Shown one piece after another: positions 20,288-30,499 of a stretch of DNA of 64,000 nucleotides. The stretch is from Acutalibacteraceae bacterium (lineage in GTDB: Bacteria > Bacillota > Clostridia > Oscillospirales > Acutalibacteraceae). Below the pieces are notes generated by a model. It had not been told where the DNA came from. It was given only the letters and a program-made list of their open reading frames with translations, and did not search any database. A program made the position numbers and the translations under genes. The stretch spans positions 14,673 through 78,672 of the forward strand of contig JAZSIQ010000107.1 of assembly GCA_045533875.1 (NCBI GenBank), read 5' to 3'. The stretch's first letter is position 1; each line of letters opens with the position of its first letter.

Positions 20288-20328
20288 AAAATTTCCGTCC
20301 TTTCTTCAAGAAATTTGTTTCTAAAAAA

Positions 20329-20560
20329 TAAAAAACTCCATCCCATACAAAACAGGATGAAGCAAAAGCCCCACGGTTCCACCCGTAATTGCGGAAAAAT
20401 CCGCCTCTCAAGAAGCCTGTAACGGGGCTTGCCGGTCTGCCTTATCGTTGCCGCTTCGGCAGACACTCCGCAGTGGTTGCCGCACGGAACTTTTACTGCC
20501 TTCACAGCTTACGGCAGCTCTCTGAAAAAGCCACCCGTCCGGCTCTCTGCATCAATGATT
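20329..20560 (-). promoter_or_regulatory. T-box riboswitch (Thr) leader
   Basis: T-box AATTACGGGTGGAACCGTGG (20390-20371); terminator cttcatcct/gggatggag+TTTTT; stem I with CAGAGAG and GCTGTGAA; ACC specifier candidate at 20477-20475. Confidence 0.9.
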
Positions 20561-20575
20561 TAAAATATTGGTATA

Positions 20576-20604
20576 ATATTACCACCGTAAAATAATCTTG
20601 TCAA
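20576..20604 (-). promoter_or_regulatory. sigmaA promoter of thrS
   Basis: TTGACA(20604-20599)-17-TAATAT with TG extension. Confidence 0.7.
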
Positions 20605-20635
20605 TAGAAAAGATTTACTAATTAATAAAAATTAC

Positions 20636-20664
20636 TTGACATGGGGCTATTAAAAGTATACTAT
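20636..20664 (+). promoter_or_regulatory. sigmaA promoter of rny operon
   Basis: TTGACA(20636)-17-TACTAT. Confidence 0.6.
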
Positions 20665-20782
20665 ATATACAATAGTGCTATTTTGTGCCGGGACGGTGGA
20701 TTTCGGCTGAAAATATACTATAAGTGCTATTATTTTCGTATTACCATAAAATCAAAAAATCAAAGGACAGGAGGTAAAGCTT

Positions 20783-22342
20783 TTGCAAATCAGTTTAACG
20801 GTTTCTATTATTATCGCCGTTGTTGCTGCGGTTGTTTTTGCTGCCGTAGGCTTCGTTTTAGGCGGTTTACATAGAAAGAAAGTTTCCGAAGCGGCTATAG
20901 GCTCAGCCAAAACAGAGGCTGCAAGAATAGTCAACGAGGCTATCAAAACCGCTGAAGAAAAGAAAAAGGAATCTATCCTTGAAGCAAAGGAAGAAATCCA
21001 CAAGCAGAGAACAGAAACAGAAAAAGAACTCCGCGAAAGACGCAAGGAAGTTCAGCGTCAGGAAAACAGACTTATCCAGAAAGAGGAAACTCTTGACAAA
21101 AAGACCGAAAGTCTTGAGAAGAAGGACGAAATCCTTCAGGAAAAAATCAAGGCTTCCGAAGCAAAGCTTGATGAAATCGAGAGCATAAAGAGAAGTCAGT
21201 TCGAAATGCTCGAGAGAATTTCCGGCTACACCAAGGAGCAGGCCAGGGATTATCTGCTTGAAACTCTTGAACAGAGCCTTGCTCACGAGAAGGCTCTCAG
21301 AATTCAGGAGTATGAGCAGAAAACCAAGGATGAATCCGAAAAACTTGCAAGAGAAATCATATCCACCGCCATTCAGCGTTGCGCTGCAGACCATGCGGCG
21401 GAAGCTACCGTTTCCGTTGTTGCGCTTCCCAATGACGAAATGAAGGGACGCATCATCGGCAGAGAGGGCAGAAATGTCCGTACCCTTGAAACAATCACCG
21501 GTGTTGACCTTATTATTGACGATACTCCCGAGGCTATCACCGTTTCAAGTTTTGACCCCGTACGCCGTGAAATTGCAAGGCTTACCATCGAAAAGCTTAT
21601 TGCAGACGGCAGAATTCACCCCGCAAGAATTGAGGACATGTTTGAGAAGTCCAAAAAAGAAGTTGAAGCAACAATTAAACAGACCGGCGAGCATGCTCTT
21701 ATTGATGCCGGCGTAAACGGAATCCACCCCGAAATTGTAAAGCTTCTCGGCAAGCTCAAGTACCGCACAAGCTACGGTCAGAATGTTCTCAACCATTCAC
21801 TTGAAGTTTCCTATATTGCAGGTCTTCTTGCTTCCGAGCTCGGTGTTGATGTTAAGCTTGCAAAGCGTGCAGGTCTTCTTCACGATATCGGTAAGGCTAT
21901 CGACCATGAGCAGGACGGTTCCCATGTTGAGCTCGGCGTTGATGCCGCCAAGAAGTATAAGGAAGGTGAGCAGGTTATCCACGCCATTCAGGCTCACCAC
22001 GGTGATGTTGAGGCTAAAACAATTACTGCATGCCTTGTTCAGGCGGCTGATGCCATTTCCGCCGCAAGACCCGGCGCAAGACGCGAAAATGTTCAGAACT
22101 ACATCAAGCGCCTTGAAAAGCTTGAAGGCATCGCTTCCGATTTTGAAGGCGTTGAAAGAACCTTTGCAATCCAGGCAGGCCGTGAAATCAGAATTATGGT
22201 CAAGCCCGATAAAATCAACGATGACGAAATGGTTCTTCTTGCAAGAAGCGTTGCTCAGAAGATTGAGGAAGAGCTTGAGTATCCCGGTCAGATCAAGGTT
22301 CATATCATCAGAGAAAGCAGAGCCTTCGACTACGCAAAATAA
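20783..22342 (+). CDS. rny: Ribonuclease Y
   Basis: N-terminal TM, coiled coil, KH ([11 protein letters not shown]), HD domain (GLLHDIGK), [11 protein letters not shown]. Confidence 0.97.
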   Translation: MQISLTVSIIIAVVAAVVFAAVGFVLGGLHRKKVSEAAIGSAKTEAARIVNEAIKTAEEKKKESILEAKEEIHKQRTETEKELRERRKEVQRQENRLIQKEETLDKKTESLEKKDEILQEKIKASEAKLDEIESIKRSQFEMLERISGYTKEQARDYLLETLEQSLAHEKALRIQEYEQKTKDESEKLAREIISTAIQRCAADHAAEATVSVVALPNDEMKGRIIGREGRNVRTLETITGVDLIIDDTPEAITVSSFDPVRREIARLTIEKLIADGRIHPARIEDMFEKSKKEVEATIKQTGEHALIDAGVNGIHPEIVKLLGKLKYRTSYGQNVLNHSLEVSYIAGLLASELGVDVKLAKRAGLLHDIGKAIDHEQDGSHVELGVDAAKKYKEGEQVIHAIQAHHGDVEAKTITACLVQAADAISAARPGARRENVQNYIKRLEKLEGIASDFEGVERTFAIQAGREIRIMVKPDKINDDEMVLLARSVAQKIEEELEYPGQIKVHIIRESRAFDYAK

Positions 22343-22351
22343 TATTGAAGA

Positions 22352-22373
22352 GGGCTGCCTTTTCGGGCAGCCC
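22352..22373 (+). terminator. Hairpin after rny
   Basis: gggctgcc/ggcagccc stem; no strong U tract. Confidence 0.45.
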
Positions 22374-22399
22374 ATTGTAATTTGATAAGGAGTTGTGCT

Positions 22400-23170
22400 G
22401 TGAATATTCTTGCCGTAGGCGATGTTGTGGGCACTCAGGGTTGCGAATTTTTAAGGCGCAAGCTGCCCGCATTCAAAAAATTAAAGCAGATTGATTTTAC
22501 CGTTGTAAACGGCGAGAATTCCGCCGCAGGCAACGGCATTACTCCTCTATCCGCTCAGTATCTTTTTGACAGCGGAGCGGATGTTATAACAACGGGTAAC
22601 CATGTTTTCAGACGCAGGGAAATTTACGATTTTCTTGATGAGCATTTTGATGTAATCCGCCCGGCCAATTATTACCCCGAAAATCCCGGAAACGGTTTCA
22701 CCGTTATCGACAAGGGATTTGTAAAAATCGGAGTAATAAACCTAGCGGGTAAATCTTATATGGACAATGCATCGAATCCTTTTACCTGCGTTGACGGTAT
22801 TCTAAGGCAGCTTGAGGACTGCCGAATAATCCTTGTGGATTTCCACGCCGAGGCAACGGCTGAAAAGCGCGCAATGGGATTTTACCTTGCCTCGAGAGTT
22901 TCTGTTGTTTTCGGCACTCATACCCATGTTATGACCGCCGATGCTCAGGTGCTTGATGGCGGCACGGGTTATATAACCGATTTGGGAATGACGGGTCCGA
23001 AGGATTCGGTGCTCGGAGTAAAAAGCGAAATAGCAATCGGTTGGCTTAAAACGGGTATGCCTGCAAGGTTTGACACTGCGGATACCCCGTGTATGCTCAA
23101 TGGCTGCATTTTTGAAGTTGACGAAAAAACAGGCAGAGCGCTCAGCGCTGAAAGTGTCTGTATAGAATAA
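22400..23170 (+). CDS. ymdB: YmdB-family metallophosphoesterase
   Basis: GDVVG, NGENSA, TTGNH, DFHAEATAEK, GTHTHV, TDLGMTGP; follows rny. Confidence 0.93.
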   Translation: MNILAVGDVVGTQGCEFLRRKLPAFKKLKQIDFTVVNGENSAAGNGITPLSAQYLFDSGADVITTGNHVFRRREIYDFLDEHFDVIRPANYYPENPGNGFTVIDKGFVKIGVINLAGKSYMDNASNPFTCVDGILRQLEDCRIILVDFHAEATAEKRAMGFYLASRVSVVFGTHTHVMTADAQVLDGGTGYITDLGMTGPKDSVLGVKSEIAIGWLKTGMPARFDTADTPCMLNGCIFEVDEKTGRALSAESVCIE

Positions 23171-23182
23171 ACGGAGTTAATT

Positions 23183-23398
23183 ATGGAACAGAAAAAAATC
23201 GACAGAATAAATGAACTTGCAAGAGCTTCAAGGGAGCGTGAGTTGACTGCGCAGGAAAAGAAAGAGCAGGCATTGCTCCGCCAGGAATATGTGGCATCCT
23301 TCAGGGCAAGTCTCACCGCTCAGCTTGACAATACCTATATAGTTGACGAGCAAGGCAACAAAACCCCCGTAAGGGAAAGAAGAAAGCCGAAGAATTAA
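23183..23398 (+). CDS. DUF896 (YnzC-like) protein
   Basis: KIDRINELA...LTAQEKKEQALLRQEY...VDEQG. Confidence 0.9.
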   Translation: MEQKKIDRINELARASRERELTAQEKKEQALLRQEYVASFRASLTAQLDNTYIVDEQGNKTPVRERRKPKN

Positions 23399-23412
23399 GG
23401 TGACGAAAGAGT

Positions 23413-24123
23413 ATGCAGAAGCTTCTCAGTTATATGCGCTCCGCCTGCCAGCAATATGATATGATACAAGACGGCGACAGAATAGCCGTAGGTGTTTCGG
23501 GAGGCAAGGATTCTGTTGCACTGCTTGCGGCTCTGGCAAATCTGCGCATTTTTTACCCCGCAAAGTTTGAACTTGTGGCAATTACCCTTGACCCTCGCTT
23601 CGGCGGCAAAGATGCCGATTATTCGGCAATTGAAGAGCTTTGCGAAAAGCTTGGTGTTGAATACATTATAAAAAGAACGCAGCTTGCAGAGGTTATATTT
23701 GATATAAGGAAAGAGAGTAATCCCTGCAGCCTTTGCGCAAGAATGCGAAGGGGCGCCTTGCACGATGCGGCAAAGGAAAACGGCTGCAACAAAATAGCGC
23801 TCGGGCACCATCTGGACGATGTGGCGGAAACCTTTATAATGAATCTTTTCAACGGCGGCACTCTGGATTGCTTCATGCCCGTGACCTATCTTTCAAGAAA
23901 AGATATTTATATGATAAGACCTATGATTTTTGCGCGTGAGAGTGATTGCGCAAGGGTGGTTCGCAGGGAGAATCTGCCTACAGTAAAGAGCAATTGCCCC
24001 GCTGACGGCACCACGGAGCGCCAGGAGGTAAAGGAATTTCTGAATTCCCTGGAGAAAAAATACGGCAATGTCCGTGAAAAAATCCTAGGCGCCATGCAAC
24101 GTAAGGAAATCAACGGGTATTGA
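23413..24123 (+). CDS. ttcA: tRNA 2-thiocytidine biosynthesis protein TtcA family
   Basis: SGGKDS PP-loop, CSLCARMRRGAL, LGHHLDD. Confidence 0.9.
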   Translation: MQKLLSYMRSACQQYDMIQDGDRIAVGVSGGKDSVALLAALANLRIFYPAKFELVAITLDPRFGGKDADYSAIEELCEKLGVEYIIKRTQLAEVIFDIRKESNPCSLCARMRRGALHDAAKENGCNKIALGHHLDDVAETFIMNLFNGGTLDCFMPVTYLSRKDIYMIRPMIFARESDCARVVRRENLPTVKSNCPADGTTERQEVKEFLNSLEKKYGNVREKILGAMQRKEINGY

Positions 24124-24135
24124 TTGGAGAAAACT

Positions 24136-24672
24136 ATGATTTTATCGGATAAAACATTAATGAAAATGCTTGAGGACGGCAGTCTGGTCGCTCAGCCAGT
24201 TGAGCCTGAGCAAATTCAGCCCGCAAGCATTGATATAAGGCTCGGCAACACATTCAGCATTGTTAAGGATTCTTCAAAGGGAATTATAAACCTTGAGGAT
24301 AAAATTGAATACGAAACCATCCAAACCGATACTTATGTGTTGCTTCCAGGTCAATTTGTGTTGGCAACAACCATGGAGTATTTTGAGCTTCCGGATGACC
24401 TGACCGCCTTTGTTGAAGGCAGAAGCTCTTTGGGCAGAATGGGTCTTTTTATTCAGAATGCGGGTTGGGTTGACCCCGGTTTCAAGGGAGAAATTACCCT
24501 TGAGCTTTTCAATGCAAACCGTTGCGCAATTGAACTTAAGGCAGGCAGAAGAGTCGGTCAGCTTGTTTTCGCAAAAATGGATGAAAAGGCGCTCAATCCC
24601 TACCGCGGCAAGTATCAGGGTCAGAGAGGCGCAACAGGCTCAAGAGTTTTTATGGATAAGGAAATCAAATAA
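24136..24672 (+). CDS. dcd: dCTP deaminase
   Basis: IQPASIDIRLG, EGRSSLGRMG, AGWVDPGFKGEITLE, YRGKYQGQ. Confidence 0.93.
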   Translation: MILSDKTLMKMLEDGSLVAQPVEPEQIQPASIDIRLGNTFSIVKDSSKGIINLEDKIEYETIQTDTYVLLPGQFVLATTMEYFELPDDLTAFVEGRSSLGRMGLFIQNAGWVDPGFKGEITLELFNANRCAIELKAGRRVGQLVFAKMDEKALNPYRGKYQGQRGATGSRVFMDKEIK

Positions 24673-24698
24673 TCTCTTCTCGGAAGGATGATATATAA

Positions 24699-25913
24699 AT
24701 GAAATATTTAATAGTTCTTTATGACGGAATGGCGGACTATCCCGTGCCCGCACTCGGCGGCAAAACTCCCATGGAGCTTGCAAAAAAGCCGAATTTTGAC
24801 CGCCTTGCGAGCAAAGGCGAGGTTGGCCTTGTCAGGACAGTCGGTGACGGACTCAAACCCGGCAGCGATATCGCAAATTTAAGCGTTATGGGCTATGACC
24901 CTGCCGTTTATTACACAGGCAGGTCACCGCTGGAGGCTGTAAGCATCGGCGTTAAAATGGCGGATGACGATATTGCCATGCGTTGCAATGTTGTAACCCT
25001 GAGCGATGAAGAAAATTACGATGAAAAAAACATGGTGGATTATTCCGCAGGCGATATTTCAAGCGAGGATGCCGCAGAGCTTATCAAAGCTGTGCAGGAG
25101 CATTTCGGCGGCGGTGAATTTGATTTTTACAACGGTGTAAGCTACCGCCATTGCCTTATTCACCACGGCGGCACTACTGAGCTCGGTTCAATGACTCCGC
25201 CCCACGATATTTCGGGCAGGGTAGTAGGCGAATATATTTCAACTCACGAAAACGCAGGTAAGCTTACCGCCATGATGCGTGAAAGCTACGCTCTTCTCAA
25301 AGATCATCCCGTAAACCTCAGACGCATTGCAAACGGTCAGAAGCCCGGCAATTCAATCTGGCTTTGGGGCGAGGGTAACAGACCTTCACTTGATAATTTT
25401 GAAGAGCTTTACGGCGTTAAGGGAAGCGTTATTTCCGCAGTTGACCTGCTTAAGGGTATAGGCATTGCCGCAGGCATGAACACTCCCGAGGTTGAAGGTG
25501 CAACAGGCTACATTGATACTAATTTTGAAGGCAAGGCAAAGGCTGCTGTTGAAGAATTCAAAAACGGCAGAGATTTTGTGTATATCCATATTGAAGCCCC
25601 CGATGAATGCGGCCACAGAAACGAGCCGGAAAATAAAATCAGAGCAATTGAGCTTATTGATGAAAAGGTTCTTCCTGTTCTTACAGATTACCTTGACGGT
25701 TGCGGCGAGGATTATAAGATTATGATTCTGCCTGACCATCCAACACCCATAGTTACAATGACTCACGCAAGCGACCCTGTTCCCTATATGATTTATCATA
25801 AGAACGGCGAGGTTGAAAGCGGAGTTGAAAGCATAAATGAAAACACCGCAAAGGCAACGGGCAATTACGTTGAGGTAGGTTACACTCTTATAAAGAAGTT
25901 TTTGGAGGTTTGA
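24699..25913 (+). CDS. apgM: Cofactor-independent phosphoglycerate mutase (ApgM type)
   Basis: YDGMAD, GKTPME, PGSDIAN, HIEAPDECGH, PDHPTP. Confidence 0.9.
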   Translation: MKYLIVLYDGMADYPVPALGGKTPMELAKKPNFDRLASKGEVGLVRTVGDGLKPGSDIANLSVMGYDPAVYYTGRSPLEAVSIGVKMADDDIAMRCNVVTLSDEENYDEKNMVDYSAGDISSEDAAELIKAVQEHFGGGEFDFYNGVSYRHCLIHHGGTTELGSMTPPHDISGRVVGEYISTHENAGKLTAMMRESYALLKDHPVNLRRIANGQKPGNSIWLWGEGNRPSLDNFEELYGVKGSVISAVDLLKGIGIAAGMNTPEVEGATGYIDTNFEGKAKAAVEEFKNGRDFVYIHIEAPDECGHRNEPENKIRAIELIDEKVLPVLTDYLDGCGEDYKIMILPDHPTPIVTMTHASDPVPYMIYHKNGEVESGVESINENTAKATGNYVEVGYTLIKKFLEV

Positions 25914-25916
25914 AAA

Positions 25917-27197
25917 ATGGGATACAAAATTAATACAAAGTGCATTTTGAGCGGTTATTCACCCAAAAACGGCGAGCCCAGGCAGCTTCCCGTTTATCAG
26001 AGCACTACCTATAAATATGATTCCAGCGTTGAAATGGGCAAGCTTTTTGACCTTGAGGCATCGGGATATTTCTATACCCGTTTGCAGAATCCCACCAACG
26101 ATGCCGTTGCCGCAAAGATTGCGGACCTTGAGGGCGGCGTAGGCGCTATGCTTACCTCTTCGGGTCAGGCGGCTTCCTTCTATTCGGTTTTTAACATTGC
26201 AGGTGCGGGCGACCATATCGTAAGCTCAGCTGCAATTTACGGCGGCACCTTTAATCTCTTCAATGTTACAATGAGAAAGCTCGGTATTGATTTTACCTTT
26301 ATCAGTCCTCAGTCAACCGAGGAAGAAATTCAGGCAGCAATCAAGCCCAACACAAAGGCTGTTTTTGCCGAAACCCTTTCAAACCCTGCACTTGAGGTGC
26401 TTGATATTGAAACCTTTGCAAAGGTTGCTCACGCAAACGGCGTGCCTCTTATTATTGACAACACCTTCCCCACTCCCGTAAACTGCCGTCCCTTTGAGTT
26501 CGGTGCGGATATCGTTATCCATTCCACCACAAAGTATATGGACGGTCACGCAACGAGCGTTGGCGGAGTTGTTGTTGACAGCGGTAACTTCGACTGGACT
26601 CAGAACGATAAATTCCCCGGCCTTACCACTCCCGATGATTCTTACCACGGCATCACCTACACAGAGCGTTTCGGCAAGCTTGCATATATCACCAAGGCAA
26701 CTGCTCAGCTTATGCGTGACCTCGGCTCAATTCCCTCTCCCTTTAACGCATTCCTTCTCAACCTCGGCCTTGAAACTCTGCCCCTCAGAGTTGAAAGACA
26801 TTGCCAGAATGCTCTCAAGGTTGCTGAATTCATCAAGGAAAGCGGCTATGCGGTTGACGTTACTTACCCCGGTCTTGAGGGCAGTAAGGGCTATGAACTC
26901 GCAAAGAAGTATATGCCTGACGGCACAAGCGGCGTAATCTCATTCCGCATCAAGGGCGGAAGAGAGGCTGCAACAAAGTTTATGGATTCTCTTAAAATTG
27001 CCGAGATAGCAACTCACGTTGCCGATGCACGCACCTGCTGCCTGCATCCTGCAAGCACAACTCACCGTCAGCTTACCGCACAGGAGCTTATTGACTGCGG
27101 AATTTCAGATGACCTTATCCGTCTTTCCGTCGGTATTGAGTACGTTGACGATATTATTGCCGATGTAAAGCAGGCTCTTGAAGCAAGCGGTAAATAA
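25917..27197 (+). CDS. metY: O-acetylhomoserine aminocarboxypropyltransferase/cysteine synthase
   Basis: YFYTRLQNPT, IDNTF, HSTTKY PLP lysine, HPASTTHRQL. Confidence 0.9.
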   Translation: MGYKINTKCILSGYSPKNGEPRQLPVYQSTTYKYDSSVEMGKLFDLEASGYFYTRLQNPTNDAVAAKIADLEGGVGAMLTSSGQAASFYSVFNIAGAGDHIVSSAAIYGGTFNLFNVTMRKLGIDFTFISPQSTEEEIQAAIKPNTKAVFAETLSNPALEVLDIETFAKVAHANGVPLIIDNTFPTPVNCRPFEFGADIVIHSTTKYMDGHATSVGGVVVDSGNFDWTQNDKFPGLTTPDDSYHGITYTERFGKLAYITKATAQLMRDLGSIPSPFNAFLLNLGLETLPLRVERHCQNALKVAEFIKESGYAVDVTYPGLEGSKGYELAKKYMPDGTSGVISFRIKGGREAATKFMDSLKIAEIATHVADARTCCLHPASTTHRQLTAQELIDCGISDDLIRLSVGIEYVDDIIADVKQALEASGK

Positions 27198-27214
27198 TGT
27201 ATATATAAAAAATT

Positions 27215-27244
27215 GAAACAGCCCCGATTTCTCGGGGCTGTTTC
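27215..27244. terminator. Bidirectional terminator
   Basis: gaaacagccccga/tcggggctgtttc. Confidence 0.75.
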
Positions 27245-27269
27245 TTCATTTCTTTAAGTACACCTGTAA

Positions 27270-27440
27270 TTATGCTTCCTGAGGAGCAGCTACGGGGCAG
27301 GAGCTTGCGCAAGCGCCGCAATCGATGCAAGCGTCAGCGTCAATAACGTACTTGCCGTCGCCCTCAGAGATAGCGCCTACGGGGCAGTCTGCAGCACAAG
27401 CGCCGCAGGAGATGCAGTCATCATTGATTACATATGCCAT
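27270..27440 (-). CDS. fdx: 2[4Fe-4S] ferredoxin (56 aa, absent from ORF track)
   Basis: MAYVINDDCISCGACAADCPVGAISEGDGKYVIDADACIDCGACASSCPVAAPQEA; GGAGG RBS. Confidence 0.97.
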   Translation of the reverse strand: MAYVINDDCISCGACAADCPVGAISEGDGKYVIDADACIDCGACASSCPVAAPQEA

Positions 27441-27597
27441 GGTTTGTTTCCTCCTTATTAAATTTCACGAAATGACAATATTCGAGCTTAAACGGCTCAA
27501 GATTCTGTCACTTCGTTTATTGTAACATATTGTACGAAAAATGCAAGTGATTTTTTATTCCAAAAGAATTCTCCTGCATTTTTCGCTTCAACTAAAA

Positions 27598-28461
27598 TTA
27601 TTCAATACCCTTGAAGGCCTCGATTTCATCGCGGTTTACCTTGATTTTGGCATCCCTTACAAGCTTTACATCCTTACGGTTGAATACCTGGGGTGCGGCT
27701 TCAGGGCGGCTGTTAAGCTGCACCTTGAGAATGCCTGTAAGGAGGTTTACCTCGGTTACGGTTCCCGTGCCGTCTTTGGTTTCAACTATTGCGCCCACCT
27801 TGGGGGTTACCCTGAGCAGATGCTCGTATGCATCCTGCTCATACTTGAGGCAGCACATAAGCCTGCCGCATGTGCCGCTGATTTTAACAGGATTGAGGGA
27901 AAGACCCTGTTCCTTTGCCATTTTGATTGCAACCGGCTGGAATTCACCAAGGAAGGTGCTGCAGCAAAAAGGTCTGCCGCAGATACCGAGGCCGCCGAGC
28001 ATTTTGGATTCATCCCTTACGCCTATCTGGCGAAGCTCAATTCGGGTTTTGAAAACTCCTGCAAGGTCTTTTACAAGCTCTCTGAAATCCACTCTGCCGT
28101 CAGCGGTAAAGTAGAAAAGAATCTTGCTCCCGTCAAAGGTATATTCATCATCAACGAGTTTCATGTCAAGCTTGTGTTTTTCGATTTTTTCTGTGCAGAT
28201 GGCAAAGGCTTCCTTTTCCTTCTGCTTGTTTTCGTCAAACTTGCGGGAATCATCATCGGAGGCGATGCGTATAAGCTTTTTGAGGGGCTTTACGATTTGC
28301 TCATCCTCTATTTCACGGTTGCTCATGGCAACTTCGCCGCATTCAATTCCTCTTACGGTTTCAACGATTACTCTGTCGCCTTTTTTGAGTATCTGTCCGT
28401 CGGGGTCAAAATAATAAACCTTGCCGACTTCTTTAAATCTGACGCCGATTACTTCAGCCAT
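27598..28461 (-). CDS. ricT: PSP1-domain protein RicT/YaaT
   Basis: VIGVRFK, YFTADGRVDFRELVK, GICGRPFCC, KISGTCGRLMCCL. Confidence 0.93.
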   Translation of the reverse strand: MAEVIGVRFKEVGKVYYFDPDGQILKKGDRVIVETVRGIECGEVAMSNREIEDEQIVKPLKKLIRIASDDDSRKFDENKQKEKEAFAICTEKIEKHKLDMKLVDDEYTFDGSKILFYFTADGRVDFRELVKDLAGVFKTRIELRQIGVRDESKMLGGLGICGRPFCCSTFLGEFQPVAIKMAKEQGLSLNPVKISGTCGRLMCCLKYEQDAYEHLLRVTPKVGAIVETKDGTGTVTEVNLLTGILKVQLNSRPEAAPQVFNRKDVKLVRDAKIKVNRDEIEAFKGIE

Positions 28462-28475
28462 ATATTATCCTCCGT

Positions 28476-29345
28476 TTATTTGGTATCCGATCTGAGAAGA
28501 GTACAGATTCGGGTTATGATCAGGTTATAATTGCCGTTTCGCTCAAGGGAGCGGGCAAGTGTTACAATGCGCTTTTCAGTCTGAATAAGACGCTCCACGG
28601 TAAATTTTGAAGCGAGCTTCTGAGGGGTATCCCCGAAGCGTTCATCGGTTGTGATGCGACCCTTTGCCTTCATTGCTTCAACGGTAATTTCGTGCATAAG
28701 AGGGAAGGCTACTTTTAAAAGCTCTTTGTCTTTCTCAAAAACCGCTGCCGCCTCAAGAATTTCATAATCGGTTGCTGCCGTGAGCGCAGCCATCACATTT
28801 TTAGCCGCATCAAGCGCAGGGGCAAGCTTTGATGTGTCCGAATCGGCGTTGCCCAAAAAGAAAACCTGAGCTCTGGAAATCACTGTGGGCAGAAGCGCCG
28901 TTTTAATGGGGCACAAGAGCATGAAGAATGCGTATCTCGGCGGTTCTTCAAGTATTTTTAAAAGTGTATTCTGAGCCGAAACGGTAAGCGTGTGAGCTTC
29001 TTCAATTATAAAAACGCTTGAATCGGCTTCGTTGGGAATGATGCCTACGCTTGAAACGATGTTCTTAGCCGTTTCGTTTTTAACTGTTCCTTTTGAATCG
29101 GGCGAGTGAAGGCTTATATCCGCATGGGTGCCTGCAAGAGCCTTTTTGCAGGCGTTGCAGACGAGGCAGGGCTTTTGCTCACCGCTTTTGCATACGAGCG
29201 CCGCAGCAAGGTGACGGGCAAGGGTAAGCCTTTGCTCTGCGTTGCCGCCCTCAAGGATTACCGTGTGAGGAAATCTTCCCGAAGAAAGGGCGGAGATAAG
29301 TGAATTTTCTGTTGATTTATTAATCTCGGTGCCAAAATACTGCAT
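28476..29345 (-). CDS. holB: DNA polymerase III delta' subunit-like
   Basis: CxxCxxC zinc motif, AQNTLLKILEEPP, LLPTVISRA; darA-holB-yaaT synteny. Confidence 0.85.
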   Translation of the reverse strand: MQYFGTEINKSTENSLISALSSGRFPHTVILEGGNAEQRLTLARHLAAALVCKSGEQKPCLVCNACKKALAGTHADISLHSPDSKGTVKNETAKNIVSSVGIIPNEADSSVFIIEEAHTLTVSAQNTLLKILEEPPRYAFFMLLCPIKTALLPTVISRAQVFFLGNADSDTSKLAPALDAAKNVMAALTAATDYEILEAAAVFEKDKELLKVAFPLMHEITVEAMKAKGRITTDERFGDTPQKLASKFTVERLIQTEKRIVTLARSLERNGNYNLIITRICTLLRSDTK

Positions 29346-29361
29346 AGCAAAATCCTTATAA

Positions 29362-29685
29362 TCAGAGCTTAACGAATTTTTCAATATCAATCACAAAAAC
29401 GGTTGCACCGCCTACCGTGATTTCAACTGGAGGGGCGATGAACTCAACAGCCCCCACGGGAGGCATTGCGGAAATCAACTGCTTGCGGCTGCTTGAATGC
29501 TCCTTGAGAATATCAAAGACAGTGTCAAGCTTATCCTCGTTAACACCCATTAGCAGAGTGGAGTTGCCGGAACGCAGAAATCCGCCCGTGGTGGAAAGTC
29601 TTGTAGCGCTCAGTCCGTTTTCCGAAAGAGCGCCGAGAACGCCGCCGCAGTCGTCATCGCTGATAATTGCAATTACAAGCTTCAT
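29362..29685 (-). CDS. darA: Cyclic di-AMP receptor, PII-like (DarA/PstA)
   Basis: MKLVIAII, TRLSTTGGFLRSGNSTLL, VGGATVFV. Confidence 0.93.
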   Translation of the reverse strand: MKLVIAIISDDDCGGVLGALSENGLSATRLSTTGGFLRSGNSTLLMGVNEDKLDTVFDILKEHSSSRKQLISAMPPVGAVEFIAPPVEITVGGATVFVIDIEKFVKL

Positions 29686-29699
29686 GGTTAAAGCTCCTT

Positions 29700-30497
29700 T
29701 CAGATATCTGTTTCAAATAAGGCAAGGTTGCGTTCTATTACCTTTTTACCGCGCCAGGCAAATGCTCTGCCTTCAATGGAGGAATCGGCATCAATAACAG
29801 GTACGGCGGAAAGGATAAATTCTTCTATTTCCGAAAGCTTTATGTTGGAATTCATGGGGCAAACGCTCTGGCAGATGTCACACCCCCAGGCGCAGCCGCT
29901 TGATTTTATAAGCGCCTGTTCAGCTTCGCTGAGTTCGCCTTTTTTCTGAGTTACGGCAGAGAGGCAGGAGCCGAAATCCTTTGAGCCCAAAGTTTTTGAC
30001 GGGCAGGCTGCGGAGCATTTGCCGCAATGCAGGCATTCGCCTGTGTTAAACTCCTCACCGAAGCATTGGAGAGTGGTAACGATTTCGCCTATAAAAACAT
30101 ACGAGCCGTATTCGGGGGTTATGAGTAATCCGTTATCGCCGATTACGCCGAGTGAGCATAAAGCGGCGCAGCAGACCTCCGGCACGGGGGAATTATCCGT
30201 AAAGAAGACAAAGCTTTCGCCGGGGAAGGCATTTCTGAGCTTTTCGCAGGCTTTTTCAAGCCTTGCGGAAATTACGCTGTGGTAATCCTTTACCACGGCA
30301 TATTTTGAAATGTTGGAATTTTCGTAAATCTTTTCTTCAAGCAAATAGGGGAAAACTGCGGTTATGACGCTTTTGGCATCATCGGGAACAAGACGTTTTG
30401 CCCTGCAGTCGATAAGTCTATCCTTTATACTGTCAAAACTGCAAATGCCGAATTTTGGAGCGGCGCAATGCATAATCTGCGCTATTTTATCGTTCAT
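29700..30497 (-). CDS. queG: Epoxyqueuosine reductase QueG-like
   Basis: SKYAVVKDYH, YGSYVFIGEI, CLHCGKCSAACP, WGCDICQSVCP. Confidence 0.75.
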   Translation of the reverse strand: MNDKIAQIMHCAAPKFGICSFDSIKDRLIDCRAKRLVPDDAKSVITAVFPYLLEEKIYENSNISKYAVVKDYHSVISARLEKACEKLRNAFPGESFVFFTDNSPVPEVCCAALCSLGVIGDNGLLITPEYGSYVFIGEIVTTLQCFGEEFNTGECLHCGKCSAACPSKTLGSKDFGSCLSAVTQKKGELSEAEQALIKSSGCAWGCDICQSVCPMNSNIKLSEIEEFILSAVPVIDADSSIEGRAFAWRGKKVIERNLALFETDI

Positions 30498-30499
30498 AA

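Noticed and set aside
27541-28530. 329-aa plus-strand ORF
   Set aside because: Antisense shadow of ricT; no RBS or recognisable motifs.
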